Assembly: GCA_964016885.1 (NCBI GenBank)
Contig: OZ024741.1
Coordinates: forward strand, 95,542,001 to 95,606,000
Reading direction: 5' to 3'
DNA length: 64,000 nucleotides
Origin: Eledone cirrhosa
Taxonomy: Eukaryota
Shown: one piece after another, positions 12,175 to 27,130 of the stretch
How positions within the stretch are numbered: the stretch's first letter is position 1
How the letters are laid out: each line of letters opens with the position of its first letter
Program-made: the position numbers and the translations under genes
The notes under the pieces: model-generated
The model's input: only the letters and a program-made list of their open reading frames with translations
The model's database searches: none
What the model was told of the DNA's origin: nothing

Positions 12175-15100
12175 CACACAAACGTATGGACCACCATACC
12201 GTTCCCTCTATTTAGCTGATGTAGCTGCTATTTCTAGCACACCTATGGATCACTACGAGGTTCCACCTATTTACCTGCTATTTCTAGCACACCTGTGGAC
12301 CACCATGAGTTTTCCCCTATTTAGATGCTATTTCTATATGGTTCTCCCTATTTAGCTGGTATTTCTAGCACACCTATGGACCACCAAAAAGTTTCCGCCT
12401 ATATAGCTGCTATATCTAGCACAACTATAGACCACCATAAGTTCCCCTATTTAGCTGCTATTTCTAGCAAACGTATAGACCACCATCAGGCTCCCCCTAT
12501 TTAGCTGCTATTTTAGCACAGCTATGGATCACCAAGCAGTTACCCATATTTAGCTGCTATTTAAGCACACCTACCGACCACCATAAGGTTCCCCAGGATA
12601 AGCTGATGTAGCTGCTATTTCTAGCACAAATACGGACAACTATGAGGTTCATCCTATTTAGCTGCTATTTCTAGCAAGCCTATGGATCTCAATGAGATTT
12701 CCCTTATTTAGGTGCTATTGCTACCACATATATGGACCACCATGAGGTTCTCCTTTTTAGCTGTTATTTCTAGCACACTTTTAGACCACCATAGGTCGCC
12801 CACCTAATTATCTGATGTAGCTGCTATTGCTAGCACACCTATAGACCACAATGAGGTTCACCCTATTTAGCTGATATTTGTAGCACACTTACGGACTAAC
12901 ATGAGGCTCCAACTATTAGCTGCTATTTCCAGAACACCTACGGACCACCATGTGGTTAACTCGATTTAGCTGCTTTTTCTAGCACAACTATGGACAACTA
13001 TGAGGTACCCCCTATTGAGCTGCTATTTCTAGTACACCTATGGACCACCATGTGGTTCCTTCTATTTAACTGCTATTTCTAGCTCACTTATGGACCACCA
13101 TGGTGTTTCCCCATTTAACTACTATTTCTAGCACACATATGGACCACCATCATGTTCCCCCTATTTAGCTGCTATTTATAGCTCACCAATGGACCACTAT
13201 GTGGTTCACCCTATTTAGCTGCTTTTTCTAGTACATCTATGGACCACCATGATGTTCTCTCGTTTTAGCGGCTATTTCTAGCACACCTATGGATTACTAC
13301 GAGTTTTCCCCTATTTTGCTGCTATTTCTAGCACACCTATTGACCACCACGAGTTTCCCACTATTTTACTGCTATTTCTAGCTCACCTATGAACCACCTT
13401 GATGTTCCACCTATTGGGCTGCTATTTCTAACACACCTATTGACCACTACGAGCTTCCCCCTATTGGGCTGCTATCTCTGGCACATCTATGGTCCACCTT
13501 GAGGTTCCATCTATTTAGCTGCTATTTCGAGCACACCTTTGGTCCACCATGAGGTTCCCCTTATTTAGCTGCTATTTCTAGCACACCTATGGACCACTAT
13601 GGCGTTCTCTTTATTTAGCTGCTTTTTCTAACACACCTATAGACCACCATATTTCCCCTACTTATCTGCTATTTCTAGCGCACCTGAGGAACACCATGAT
13701 GTTCCACCTACTTAGCTGCTATTTCTAGCTCACCTAGCCACGACGATGTTTCTCCCAAATAGCTGCAATTTCAAGCACACCTATGGACAACATTTTGGTT
13801 CCCTATATTTGACTGCTATTTCTAGCACTCCTATGGACCCACATGAGTTTCCCCCAATTTAACTGCTATTTCTAGCAAACATATGGACCACCATGATGTT
13901 CCCTAGTTTTAGCCGCTATTTCTGGCACACCTATGGACGACTACGAGTTTCCCCCTATTTTGCAACAATTTCTAACACTTCCACCTTGAGGTTTCACTTA
14001 TTTAGCTGTTTTTTCTAACACACCTATGGACTACTATGAGGTTTCCCCTATTTAGCTGCTCAAATATGGACCACTATGTGTTTCCCTCTATTTAGCTCCT
14101 ATTTCTAGCTCACATATGGACCACACAGAGTTTCCTCCTATTTAGCTGCTATTTCTAGCCGCCCCCCTATAGACAACTATGAGGTTTTCCCCATTTAGCT
14201 GCTATTTCTAGCACACCTATAGACCATAATGAGTTTTCCCCTATTTAGATGCTATTTGTAGCACACCTATAGACCACCATGATGTTTCCCCTATTTAGCT
14301 TCTATTTCTAGCACACCTATTGACCACCACGAGTTTCCCCCTATGGACCACGTTGATGTTCGCCTTGTATTAGCTGCCATTTCTAGCACACCTATGGACC
14401 ACAATGAGTTTTCCCCTATTTAGATGCTATTTCTAGCTCACCTATGGACCATCATGATGTTCCACCTATTTAGCTGCTATTTCTAGCTCACCTATTAACC
14501 ACCTTGATGCTCCACCTATTTAGCTGCTATTTCTAGCACACTTATAGATCACTATGTGGTTCCCACTATTTAGCTGCTATTTCTAGTACACCTATGAACC
14601 ACTACGAGGTTCCCTTTTTTAGCTCGTATTTCTAGCACAGCAGTGGATCACTATATGTTTCTCCTATTTAGCTGCTTCTTCTAGCTCAAATATGTGTTTC
14701 CCTCTATTTAGCTGCTATTTCTTGCTCACATATGAACCACACTGAGTTTCCTCCTATTTAGCTGCTATTTCTAGCTCACCTATAGACCACTATGATGTTC
14801 CCCCTATTTAGATACTTTTTCTAGCACATCTATGGACTACTATCATGTTCCACCTATTTAGCTGCGATTTGTAGCACACATATGAGACACCATGAGGTTC
14901 CCCTTATTTAGCTGCTATTTTTAGCTCACCAATGGACCACTACGTGGTTCACCCTATTTAGCTGCTTTTTGTAGTACACCTATAGACCACCATGATGTTT
15001 CCCCTATTTAGCTTCTATTTCTAGCACACCTATTGACCACCACGAGTTTCTTCCTATGGACCACCACGATGTTCGCCTTGTATTAGCTGCTATTTCTAGC

Positions 15101-15833
15101 ACACCTATGGACCACTATGAGGTTCCCTTTTTTAGCGTGTATTTCTAGCGCTGCAGTGAATCTCTATGTTTCCCCTATTTAGCTGCTTCTTCTAGCTCAA
15201 ATATGGACCACTATGTGTTTCCCTCCATTTAGTTGCTATTTCTAGCTCACATATGGACCACTATTAAGTTTTCCATATTTAGATACTTTTTACATCACAT
15301 CTATGGACTACTATCATGTTCCACCTATTTAGCTGCGATTTGTAGCACACATATGGGACACCATGAGGTTCCCCTTATTTAGCTGCTATTTCTAGCACAC
15401 CTATGGACCACCATGACGTTCGGTTCCCCCTATTTCTAGCACCTGTATAGATACCATGAGGTTCTTTCATTTTAGTTGCTATTTCTAGCACATGTATGGA
15501 CCACCACGTGGTTTCCCCTATTTAGCTGCTATTTCTATTACACCTATAGACCATTATGAGGTTCTCCCTATTTAGCTGCTTTTTCTAGAGCACTTATCGT
15601 AAACCATGATGCTCCCCCTATTTAGCTGGTATTTCTAGCACAATTATGGACCACTATGCGCTTTCCCCTTTTTTAGCTGTTATTTCTAGCACACCTATGG
15701 GCCACAATGTGGTCATCCCTATTTAGCTACGGTGTCGATAAAATAAAGTACCAGTAATGCACTGGGTTATTGCTGGCCTTGTGCCAAACGTGGAAACAAT
15801 TAATAGAACACTCATTGTCCACCATGAGGTTCC

Positions 15834-15837
<4 letters not shown>
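12175..15837. repeat. Diverged 50-bp satellite, about 70 units
   Basis: Consensus CACACCTATGGACCACCATGAGGTTCCCCCTATTTAGCTGCTATTTCTAG, with block duplications such as ~14281 versus ~14994. Confidence 0.95.
15728..15805 (+). mobile_element. 5'-truncated Meta-like SINE inserted near the end of the 50-bp satellite
   Basis: TACGGTGTCGATAAAATAAAGTACCAG..GAAACAATTAATA. Satellite sequence resumes after it. Confidence 0.85.
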
Positions 15838-15900
<63 letters not shown>

Positions 15901-16965
15901 TATAGATACATATATATTTACACATACACATATATATATTTATCCATAAATATATATATATATATATTTATCCATATATATCCATGTATATATATATATA
16001 TATATATATACATGGATATCTATGGATAAATAAATATATATATACATATTTACACGTGAAAAACGTTCCTACTTTAACTTCTTTCTGATTGTACCCATTT
16101 AACCACAATCCCCACCACCACCACGACCACAACAACAACAACAACCACTTCTGCCACCACCACAACCACAACCACCAACAACCACTTCTGCCACCACCAC
16201 CATCACAACAACAACAACCACTCTGCCATTATCACCACCATTACTACCACCACCACGACTCCCTTGTCCTTTTATTATGGTTATTTAGCAGTTCTGCAGA
16301 ACTTTCCTCTACTAACATGGTGTACACTACACTGATCTCAACTGTATTGATGGGATCTGTAACAATTGATTTACTATAAAATATCATCATTATCATCATC
16401 CTTACCATTATATAATAAAATAAAAGAAATAATAAAAATAATAACAATAGTAATTATTATTATTGTTGTTATTATTATTAGTATTCCAGTTTAAAAAAAT
16501 AGTTTCTCAAATAAATACTTCCTATTATTTTTAAACACAACCCCAAAACATACACATACACACATACACAAAACAAACAAATAAGAAAGCCAAAGCCACA
16601 CATATAGACAAATACTAGAGTCTGTGTTGTGTTGTATTCTTATTTGAACTTATTCTTTGCTTTGGACTTATTAACATATTTCACACATAAACTCTGAGAA
16701 GACTGGATATTTTTTTGTTATTGATGTTAGTTGGGACTGTAATTATTGGTGAAAAAGAATTGGTTAAAAATAGCCCCAAAGTCTGTGTTGTTACAACAGG
16801 AAGGGTGCCAAGAAAATTCAGATTTTGCTCATATTTTTCAGTTTTTTTTTTCGTATTTTTTATTATTTTTCAACCGATTTAACTAGATATAAAATAAAAG
16901 GCAGAGTCAACTCTAACCTATGGATAATCTATTTTGTTCTGTTAAACGAGGAACATTTCTAGATT

Positions 16966-19900
16966 TGGTGGTGTGTTCTATGTGATGTCGAAGTTACACA
17001 CTATATTGTGGTGTGTTCTATGTGATGTGGAAGTTACACACTATATTCTGTGGTGTATTCTGTGTAATGTGGCTGTTACACACTATATTGTATTGTGTTG
17101 TGTTTGATATAGAATTTACACACTATATTGTGGTCTGCGGTGTTTGATGTGGAAGTTATATACTAAATTTTGTGGTGTGTTCTGTGTAATGTAGAAGTTA
17201 CACACTATATTGTGTTGTGTTGTATTTGATGTGGAAGTTACACACTATATTGTGTTGTGTTGTATTTGATGTGGAAGTTACACACTATATTGTGGTGTGT
17301 TCTATGTAATATGGAGGTTACACACTATATTGTGTTGTATTTGATGTGGAAGTTACACACTATATTGTGTTGTGTTCTATGTAATGTGGAAGTTACACAC
17401 TATATTGTGGTGTGTTCTGTGTAATGTGGAAGTTACACACTATATTGTGTTGTGTTGTATTTGATGTGGAAGTTACACACTATATTGTGTTGTGTTGTAT
17501 TTGATGTGGAAGTTACACTATATTGTGCTGTGTTCTATGTAATGTGGAAGTACCACACTATTTTGTGTTGTGTTCTATGTAATGTGGAAGTACCACACTA
17601 TATTGTGTTGTATTTGATGTGGAAGTTACACACTATATTGTGTTGTGTTCTATGTAATGTGGAAGTTACACACTATATTGTGGTGTGTTCTGTGTAATGT
17701 GGAAGTTACACACTATATTGTGTTGTGTTGTATTTGATGTGGAAGTTACACACTATATTGTGTTGTGTTGTATTTGATGTGGAAGTTACACACTATATTG
17801 TGGTGTGTTCTATGTAATGTGGAGGTTACACACTATAATGTGTTGTATTTGATGTGGAAGTTACACACTATATTGTGTTGTGTTCTATGTAATGTGGAAG
17901 TTACACACTATATTGTGTTGTGTTGTATTTGATGTGGAAGTTACACACTATATTGTGTTGTGTTGTATTTGATGTGGAAGTTACACACTATATTGTGTTG
18001 TGTTGTATTTGATGTGGAAGTTACACACTATATTGTGGTGTGTTCTATGTAATGTGGAGGTTACACACTATATTGTGTTGTATTTGATGTGGAAGTTACA
18101 CACTATATTGTGTTGTGTTCTATGTAATGTGGAAGTTGCACACTATATTGTGGTGTGTTCTGTGTAATGTGGAAGTTACACACTATATTGTGTTGTGTTG
18201 TATTTGATATGGAAGTTACACACTATATTGTGTTGTGTTGTATTTGATGTGGAAGTTACACACTATATTGTGGTGTGTTCTATGTAATGTGGAGGTTACA
18301 CACTATATTGTGTTGTATTTGATGTGGAAGTTACACACTATATTGTGTTGTGTTCTATGTAATGTGGAAGTTACACACTATATTGTAGTGTGTTCTGTGT
18401 AATGTGGCTGTTACACACTATATTGTATTGTGTTGTGTTTGATATAGAATTTACACACTATATTGTGGTCTGCGGTGTTTGATGTGGAAGTTATATACTA
18501 AATTTTGTGATGTGTTCTGTGTAATGTAGAAGTTACACACTATATTGTGGTGTGTTCTATGTAATGTGGAGGTTACACACTATAATGTGTTGTATTTGAT
18601 GTGGAAGTTACACACTATATTGTGTTGTGTTCTATGTAATGTGGAAGTTACACACTATATTGTGTTGTGTTGTATTTGATGTGGAAGTTACACACTATAT
18701 TGTGTTGTGTTGTATTTGATGTGGAAGTTACACACTATATTGTGTTGTGTTGTATTTGATGTGGAAGTTACACACTATATTGTGGTGTGTTCTATGTAAT
18801 GTGGAGGTTACACACTATATTGTGTTGTATTTGATGTGGTAGTTACACACTATATTGTGTTGTGTTCTATGTAATGTGGAAGTTGCACACTATATTGTGG
18901 TGTGTTCTGTGTAATGTGGAAGTTACACACTATATTGTGTTGTGTTGTATTTGATGTGGAAGTTACACACTATATTGTGTTGTGTTGTATTTGATGTGGA
19001 AGTTACACACTATATTGTGGTGTGTTCTATGTAATGTGGAGGTTACACACTATATTGTGTTGTATTTGATGTGGAAGTTACACACTATATTGTGTTGTGT
19101 TCTATGTAATGTGGAAGTTGCACACTATATTGTGGTGTGTTCTGTGTAATGTGGAAGTTACACACTATATTGTGTTGTGTTGTATTTGATATGGAAGTTA
19201 CACACTATATTGTGTTGTGTTGTATTTGATGTGGAAGTTACACACTATATTGTGGTGTGTTCTATGTAATGTGGAGGTTACACACTATAATGTGTTGTAT
19301 TTGATGTGGAAGTTACACACTATATTGTGTTGTGTTCTATGTAATGTGGAAGTTACACACTATATTGTGGTGTGTTCTATGTAATGTGGAGGTTACACAC
19401 TATAATGTGTTGTATTTGATGTGGAAGTTACACACTATATTGTGTTGTGTTCTATGTAATGTGGAAGTTACACACTATATTGTGTTGTGTTGTATTTGAT
19501 GTGGAAGTTACACACTATATTGTGTTGTGTTGTATTTGATGTGGAAGTTACACACTATATTGTGTTGTGTTGTATTTGATGTGGAAGTTACACACTATAT
19601 TGTGGTGTGTTCTATGTAATGTGGAGGTTACACACTATATTGTGTTGTATTTGATGTGGAAGTTACACACTATATTGTGTTGTGTTCTATGTAATGTGGA
19701 AGTTGCACACTATATTGTGGTGTGTTCTGTGTAATGTGGAAGTTACACACTATATTGTGTTGTGTTGTATTTGATATGGAAGTTACACACTATATTGTGT
19801 TGTGTTGTATTTGATGTGGAAGTTACACACTATATTGTGGTGTGTTCTATGTAATGTGGAGGTTACACACTATATTGTGTTGTATTTAATGTGGAAGTTA

Positions 19901-22900
19901 CACACTATATTGTGTTGTGTTCTATGTAATGTGGAAGTTACACACTATATTGTAGTGTGTTCTGTGTAATGTGGCTGTTACACACTATATTGTATTGTGT
20001 TGTGTTTGATATAGAATTTACACACTATATTGTGGTCTGCGGTGTTTGATGTGGAAGTTATATACTAAATTTTGTGATGTGTTCTGTGTAATGTAGAAGT
20101 TACACACTATATTGTGTTGTGTTGTATTTGATGTGGAAGTTACACACTATATTGTGTTGTGTTGTATTTGATGTGGAAGTTACACACTATATTGTGGTGT
20201 GTTCTATGTAATATGGAGGTTACACACTATATTGTGTTGTATTTGATGTGGAAGTTACACACTATATTGTGTTGTGTTCTATGTAATGTGGAAGTTACAC
20301 ACTATATTGTGTTGTGTTGTATTTGATGTGGAAGTTACACACTATATTGTGTTGTGTTGTATTTGATGTGGAAGTTACACACTATATTGTGGTGTGTTCT
20401 ATGTAATATGGAGGTTACACACTATATTGTGTTGTATTTGATGTGGAAGTTACACACTATATTGTGTTGTGTTCTATGTAATGTGGAAGTTACACACTAT
20501 ATTGTGGTGTGTTCTGTGTAATGTGGAAGTTACACACTATATTGTGTTGTGTTGTATTTGATGTGGAAGTTACACACTATATTGTGTTGTGTTGTATTTG
20601 ATGTGGAAGTTACACTATATTGTGTTGTGTTCTATGTAATGTGGAAGTACCACACTATTTTGTGTTGTGTTCTATGTAATGTGGAAGTACCACACTATAT
20701 TGTGTTGTATTTGATGTGGAAGTTACACACTATATTGTGTTGTGTTCTATGTAATGTGGAAGTTACACACTATATTGTGGTGTGTTCTGTGTAATGTGGA
20801 AGTTACACACTATATTGTGTTGTGTTGTATTTGATGTGGAAGTTACACACTATATTGTGTTGTGTTGTATTTGATGTGGAAGTTACACACTATATTGTGG
20901 TGTGTTCTATGTAATGTGGAGGTTACACACTATAATGTGTTGTATTTGATGTGGAAGTTACACACTATATTGTGTTGTGTTCTATGTAATGTGGAAGTTA
21001 CACACTATATTGTGGTGTGTTCTGTGTAATGTGGAAGTTACACACTATATTGTGTTGTGTTGTATTTGATGTGGAAGTTACACTATATTGTGTTGTGTTC
21101 TATGTAATGTGGAAGTTACACACTATATTGTGGTGTGTTCTGTGTAATGTGGAAGTTACACACTATATTGTGTTGTGTTGTATTTGATGTGGAAGTTACA
21201 CACTATATTGTGTTGTGTTGTATTTGATGTGGAAGTTACACACTATATTGTGGTGTGTTCTATGTAATGTGGAGGTTACACACTATAATGTGTTGTATTT
21301 GATGTGGAAGTTACACACTATATTGTGTTGTGTTCTATGTAATGTGGAAGTTACACACTATATTGTGTTGTGTTGTATTTGATGTGGAAGTTACACACTA
21401 TATTGTGTTGTGTTGTATTTGATGTGGAAGTTACACACTATATTGTGTTGTGTTGTATTTGATGTGGAAGTTACACACTATATTGTGGTGTGTTCTATGT
21501 AATGTGGAGGTTACACACTATATTGTGTTGTATTTGATGTGGAAGTTACACACTATATTGTGTTGTGTTCTATGTAATGTGGAAGTTGCACACTATATTG
21601 TGGTGTGTTCTGTGTAATGTGGAAGTTACACACTATATTGTGTTGTGTTGTATTTGATATGGAAGTTACACACTATATTGTGTTGTGTTGTATTTGATGT
21701 GGAAGTTACACACTATATTGTGGTGTGTTCTATGTAATGTGGAGGTTACACACTATATTGTGTTGTATTTGATGTGGAAGTTACACACTATATTGTGTTG
21801 TGTTCTATGTAATGTGGAAGTTACACACTATATTGTAGTGTGTTCTGTGTAATGTGGCTGTTACACACTATATTGTATTGTGTTGTGTTTGATATAGAAT
21901 TTACACACTATATTGTGGTCTGCGGTGTTTGATGTGGAAGTTATATACTAAATTTTGTGATGTGTTCTGTGTAATGTAGAAGTTACACACTATATTGTGG
22001 TGTGTTCTATGTAATGTGGAGGTTACACACTATAATGTGTTGTATTTGATGTGGAAGTTACACACTATATTGTGTTGTGTTCTATGTAATGTGGAAGTTA
22101 CACACTATATTGTGTTGTGTTGTATTTGATGTGGAAGTTACACACTATATTGTGTTGTGTTGTATTTGATGTGGAAGTTACACACTATATTGTGTTGTGT
22201 TGTATTTGATGTGGAAGTTACACACTATATTGTGGTGTGTTCTATGTAATGTGGAGGTTACACACTATATTGTGTTGTATTTGATGTGGAAGTTACACAC
22301 TATATTGTGTTGTGTTCTATGTAATGTGGAAGTTGCACACTATATTGTGGTGTGTTCTGTGTAATGTGGAAGTTACACACTATATTGTGTTGTGTTGTAT
22401 TTGATATGGAAGTTACACACTATATTGTGTTGTGTTGTATTTGATGTGGAAGTTACACACTATATTGTGGTGTGTTCTATGTAATGTGGAGGTTACACAC
22501 TATAATGTGTTGTATTTGATGTGGAAGTTACACACTATATTGTGTTGTGTTCTATGTAATGTGGAAGTTACACACTATATTGTGGTGTGTTCTATGTAAT
22601 GTGGAGGTTACACACTATAATGTGTTGTATTTGATGTGGAAGTTACACACTATATTGTGTTGTGTTCTATGTAATGTGGAAGTTACACACTATATTGTGT
22701 TGTGTTGTATTTGATGTGGAAGTTACACACTATATTGTGTTGTGTTGTATTTGATGTGGAAGTTACACACTATATTGTGTTGTGTTGTATTTGATGTGGA
22801 AGTTACACACTATATTGTGGTGTGTTCTATGTAATGTGGAGGTTACACACTATATTGTGTTGTATTTGATGTGGAAGTTACACACTATATTGTGTTGTGT

Positions 22901-25718
22901 TCTATGTAATGTGGAAGTTGCACACTATATTGTGGTGTGTTCTGTGTAATGTGGAAGTTACACACTATATTGTGTTGTGTTGTATTTGATATGGAAGTTA
23001 CACACTATATTGTGTTGTGTTGTATTTGATGTGGAAGTTACACACTATATTGTGGTGTGTTCTATGTAATGTGGAGGTTACACACTATATTGTGTTGTAT
23101 TTGATGTGGAAGTTACACACTATATTGTGTTGTGTTCTATGTAATGTGGAAGTTACACACTATATTGTAGTGTGTTCTGTGTAATGTGGCTGTTACACAC
23201 TATATTGTATTGTGTTGTGTTTGATATAGAATTTACACACTATATTGTGGTCTGCGGTGTTTGATGTGGAAGTTATATACTAAATTTTGTGATGTGTTCT
23301 GTGTAATGTAGAAGTTACACACTATATTGTGTTGTGTTGTATTTGATGTGGAAGTTACACACTATATTGTGTTGTGTTGTATTTGATGTGGAAGTTACAC
23401 ACTATATTGTGGTGTGTTCTATGTAATATGGAGGTTACACACTATATTGTGTTGTATTTGATGTGGAAGTTACACACTATATTGTGTTGTGTTCTATGTA
23501 ATGTGGAAGTTACACACTATATTGTGTTGTGTTGTATTTGATGTGGAAGTTACACACTATATTGTGTTGTGTTGTATTTGATGTGGAAGTTACACACTAT
23601 ATTGTGGTGTGTTCTATGTAATATGGAGGTTACACACTATATTGTGTTGTATTTGATGTGGAAGTTACACACTATATTGTGTTGTGTTCTATGTAATGTG
23701 GAAGTTACACACTATATTGTGGTGTGTTCTGTGTAATGTGGAAGTTACACACTATATTGTGTTGTGTTGTATTTGATGTGGAAGTTACACACTATATTGT
23801 GTTGTGTTGTATTTGATGTGGAAGTTACACTATATTGTGTTGTGTTCTATGTAATGTGGAAGTACCACACTATTTTGTGTTGTGTTCTATGTAATGTGGA
23901 AGTACCACACTATATTGTGTTGTATTTGATGTGGAAGTTACACACTATATTGTGTTGTGTTCTATGTAATGTGGAAGTTACACACTATATTGTGGTGTGT
24001 TCTGTGTAATGTGGAAGTTACACACTATATTGTGTTGTGTTGTATTTGATGTGGAAGTTACACACTATATTGTGTTGTGTTGTATTTGATGTGGAAGTTA
24101 CACACTATATTGTGGTGTGTTCTATGTAATGTGGAGGTTACACACTATAATGTGTTGTATTTGATGTGGAAGTTACACACTATATTGTGTTGTGTTCTAT
24201 GTAATGTGGAAGTTACACACTATATTGTGGTGTGTTCTGTGTAATGTGGAAGTTACACACTATATTGTGTTGTGTTGTATTTGATGTGGAAGTTACACAC
24301 TATATTGTGTTGTGTTGTATTTGATGTGGAAGTTACACACTATATTGTGGTGTGTTCTATGTAATGTGGAGGTTACACACTATATTGTGTTGTATTTGAT
24401 GTGGTAGTTACACACTATATTGTGTTGTGTTCTATGTAATGTGGAAGTTGCACACTATATTGTGGTGTGTTCTGTGTAATGTGGAAGTTACACACTATAT
24501 TGTGTTGTGTTGTATTTGATGTGGAAGTTACACACTATATTGTGTTGTGTTGTATTTGATGTGGAAGTTACACACTATATTGTGGTGTGTTCTATGTAAT
24601 GTGGAGGTTACACACTATATTGTGTTGTATTTGATGTGGAAGTTACACACTATATTGTGTTGTGTTCTATGTAATGTGGAAGTTGCACACTATATTGTGG
24701 TGTGTTCTGTGTAATGTGGAAGTTACACACTATATTGTGTTGTGTTGTATTTGATGTGGAAGTTACACACTATATTGTGTTGTGTTTTATGTAATGTGGA
24801 AGTACCACACTATATTGTGTTGTGTTCTATGTAATGTGGAAGTACCACACTATATTGTGTTGTATTTGATGTGGAAGTTACACACTGTATTGTATTGTGT
24901 TGTATTTGATGTGGAAGATACACACTATATTGTGTTGTGTTCTATGTAATGTGGAAGTTACACACTATATTATGGTGCGTTCTGTGTAATGTGGAAGTTA
25001 CACACTATATTGTGTTGTGTTGTATTTGATGTGGAAGATACACACTATATTGCGTTGTGTTCTAAGTAATGTGGAAGTTACACACTATATTGTGGTGTGT
25101 TCTGTGTAATGTGGAAGTTACACACTATATTGTGTTGTGTTGTATTTTATATGGAAGTTACACACTATATTGTGTTGTGTTCTATGTAATGTGGAAGTTA
25201 CACACTATATTGTGTTGTGTTTGATGTGGAAGTTACACACTATATTGTGTTGTGTTCTATGTAATGTGGAAGTTACACACTATATTGTGTTGTGTTTGAT
25301 GTGGAAGTTACACACTATATTGTATTGTGTTGTATTTGATGTGGAAGATACACACTATATTGTGTTGTGTTCTATGTAATGTGGAAGATACACACTATAT
25401 TGTGTTGTGTTTTATTTGATGTGGAAGTTACACACTATATTGTGTGTGTTCTATGTAATGTGGAAGTTACACACTATATTGTGTTGTGTTGTGTTTGATG
25501 TGGAAGTTACATACTATATTGTGGTGTGTTTAGTATCATGTAGATGTTACACACTATATTCTGGTGTGTGTATAGTGTGATTTTGTTGTTATACACTATA
25601 TTGTGGTGTGTTTATAAGTATCATGTTGATGTTACACACTATATTGTGGTGTGTATTTAGGGTAATGTGAAAGTTACTCTATCATGCCGTGTGTTCTGTG
25701 TGATGTGGAAGTTACACA
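16966..25718. repeat. Homogeneous 40-bp (35-bp variant) satellite with higher-order repeats
   Basis: Unit GTGGAAGTTACACACTATATTGTGTTGTGTTGTATTTGAT. The GGAGGTTA variant recurs at 17821, 18056 and 18291 (235-bp period). The GTACCACACTATTTT variant recurs at 17550, 20647 and 23862. Confidence 0.97.
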
Positions 25719-25898
25719 ATTGGTTATGCAAGCTACCAAGGGATCTTCTACAGGGTTGCTTGACATGCTAAAAGAAATTAACTGCTAAATCTGGCTCAGA
25801 TTATGTCCCATTGTCTTTAAATAGGAAGGATACAATATAAATAAGAAAAAAATAATGTGGTGGTCATGGTTGGATTTTTTAAATATAGCTCTGCTTAA

Positions 25899-26090
25899 CC
25901 CTATAGCATTTAAACCAGCCGTATCTGGCCAGAATTTCCTCACCTCTTTCTGTTCAAACTAGCCATAACTAGCTGCTCATGCTTATGTTAAGGTATTGTG
26001 TTCAAAATCTCGTAGGTTCAATATCATGTGAGATATAGTGTTTACTGTGAAAATACATAGTAATTATAGAGTAATGTAAATGCTAAAGGG
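25899..26090. mobile_element. piggyBac-type MITE, copy 2
   Basis: TTAA TSDs and TIRs CCCTATAGCATTTA / TAAATGCTAAAGGG. Reverse-complement homolog of 1768-1986. It appears nested in an older SINE-like repeat related to ~47310-47550. Confidence 0.8.
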
Positions 26091-26169
26091 TTAATCTGGG
26101 CCAATTTGAGGCTAAACAGCAACAACCAGTGTGTCTTATGAATATTGTTTTATGAGTCCTATACAAGCG

Positions 26170-26275
26170 AGACACGGTCACCCGACCAATCTTGCCTCAA
26201 GTGGGGCAACTCCTGTCTGACCCATGCTAGCGTGGAAGATAGACGTTAAATGATGATGATGATGATGATGATGAT
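26170..26275 (+). mobile_element. SINE/LINE 3' tail ending in (GAT)n
   Basis: CCCATGCTAGCGTGGAAGATAGACGTTAAATGATGATG. A related minus-strand tail lies at about 27735-27785. Confidence 0.6.
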
Positions 26276-26739
26276 TATTTTAGGGGTGAGTAAAATGTAA
26301 ATTGGTGATATTCATTGTCTTTACTGAAAGCATTAGTGGTGGTGTATGTGAAATGAAATGGCTCCAGCTGGGAACTGGAATTGATGTAAATATTTAGGAC
26401 ATTTCAGTTTACTCTACTATATTTGCAGCACACCAGGTGTACTCTGTACATTCATTGGTAAATGAATGAAGACAAGATAGAATTGAGAGTACTCATCATT
26501 CTTGTCAAAGACAAGGCAACCTCCCTGGCGCTGTTGCCATGATAAAATGCACCCAGTATACTCTGTAAAACAGATGGTGCTAAGAAAGGCATCTAGATAT
26601 GATGTGTTTCTTTAAGCGATCTAGGGGGCAATAACTCTGAATATCAACTGACTTGGGTTGTGATGACCTATCTAATAAATACCAGGATGGAAAATGATGA
26701 TGATGACACACAAACATCTTACACTGCATTCAGAGAAAG

Positions 26740-27130
26740 GACATTCTCTTACTTGCCATAAATGATTGATAGATATGCTCCAAATTCTGATCCACAGATA
26801 TTCAGTCTCCAGTCTGTCATTTCTACTAGAAAGGTCTCTGTTCCTCAAGCTAGCTGACCTCATGCCACCTCCATTTGAGAATTCTCTCCTCATTCATTTC
26901 TCATCCTCTAAACACCCATATTGTGTCCGCTCCCCCAAGACCTATACTAACTATTTAGCCCAATCCTTCTTCCCAGAACATTGTCCCTCCGGAATTGTCT
27001 TCCCACATATGTCTTTCCTACAGGAGTCAACCTGCAATAAATTAAACTAAGCATAAGCAACACCAATCTCAAGGACCTTCAAAGGTCACAGGCATGGCCC
27101 CTGCCTCCATACCTAACAAATAAAAAAAGA
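26740..27130 (+). mobile_element. Old LINE 3' remnant (CR1/L2/Jockey group)
   Basis: HPYCV..TYTNYLAQSFFP followed by a frameshifted (W)NxLP..VFP..NLQ motif and an A-rich tail. Confidence 0.45.

Noticed and set aside
17452-25379. Repeated 80-81-aa ORFs in the satellite
   Set aside because: They are chance open frames created by 35- and 38-bp monomer variants, useful only as higher-order repeat markers.
16966-25718. CRISPR-like appearance (constant 24-bp core with variable intervening sequence)
   Set aside because: The variable parts are a few recurring 11-16-bp variants of one sequence rather than unique spacers. There are no cas genes and the context is eukaryotic.
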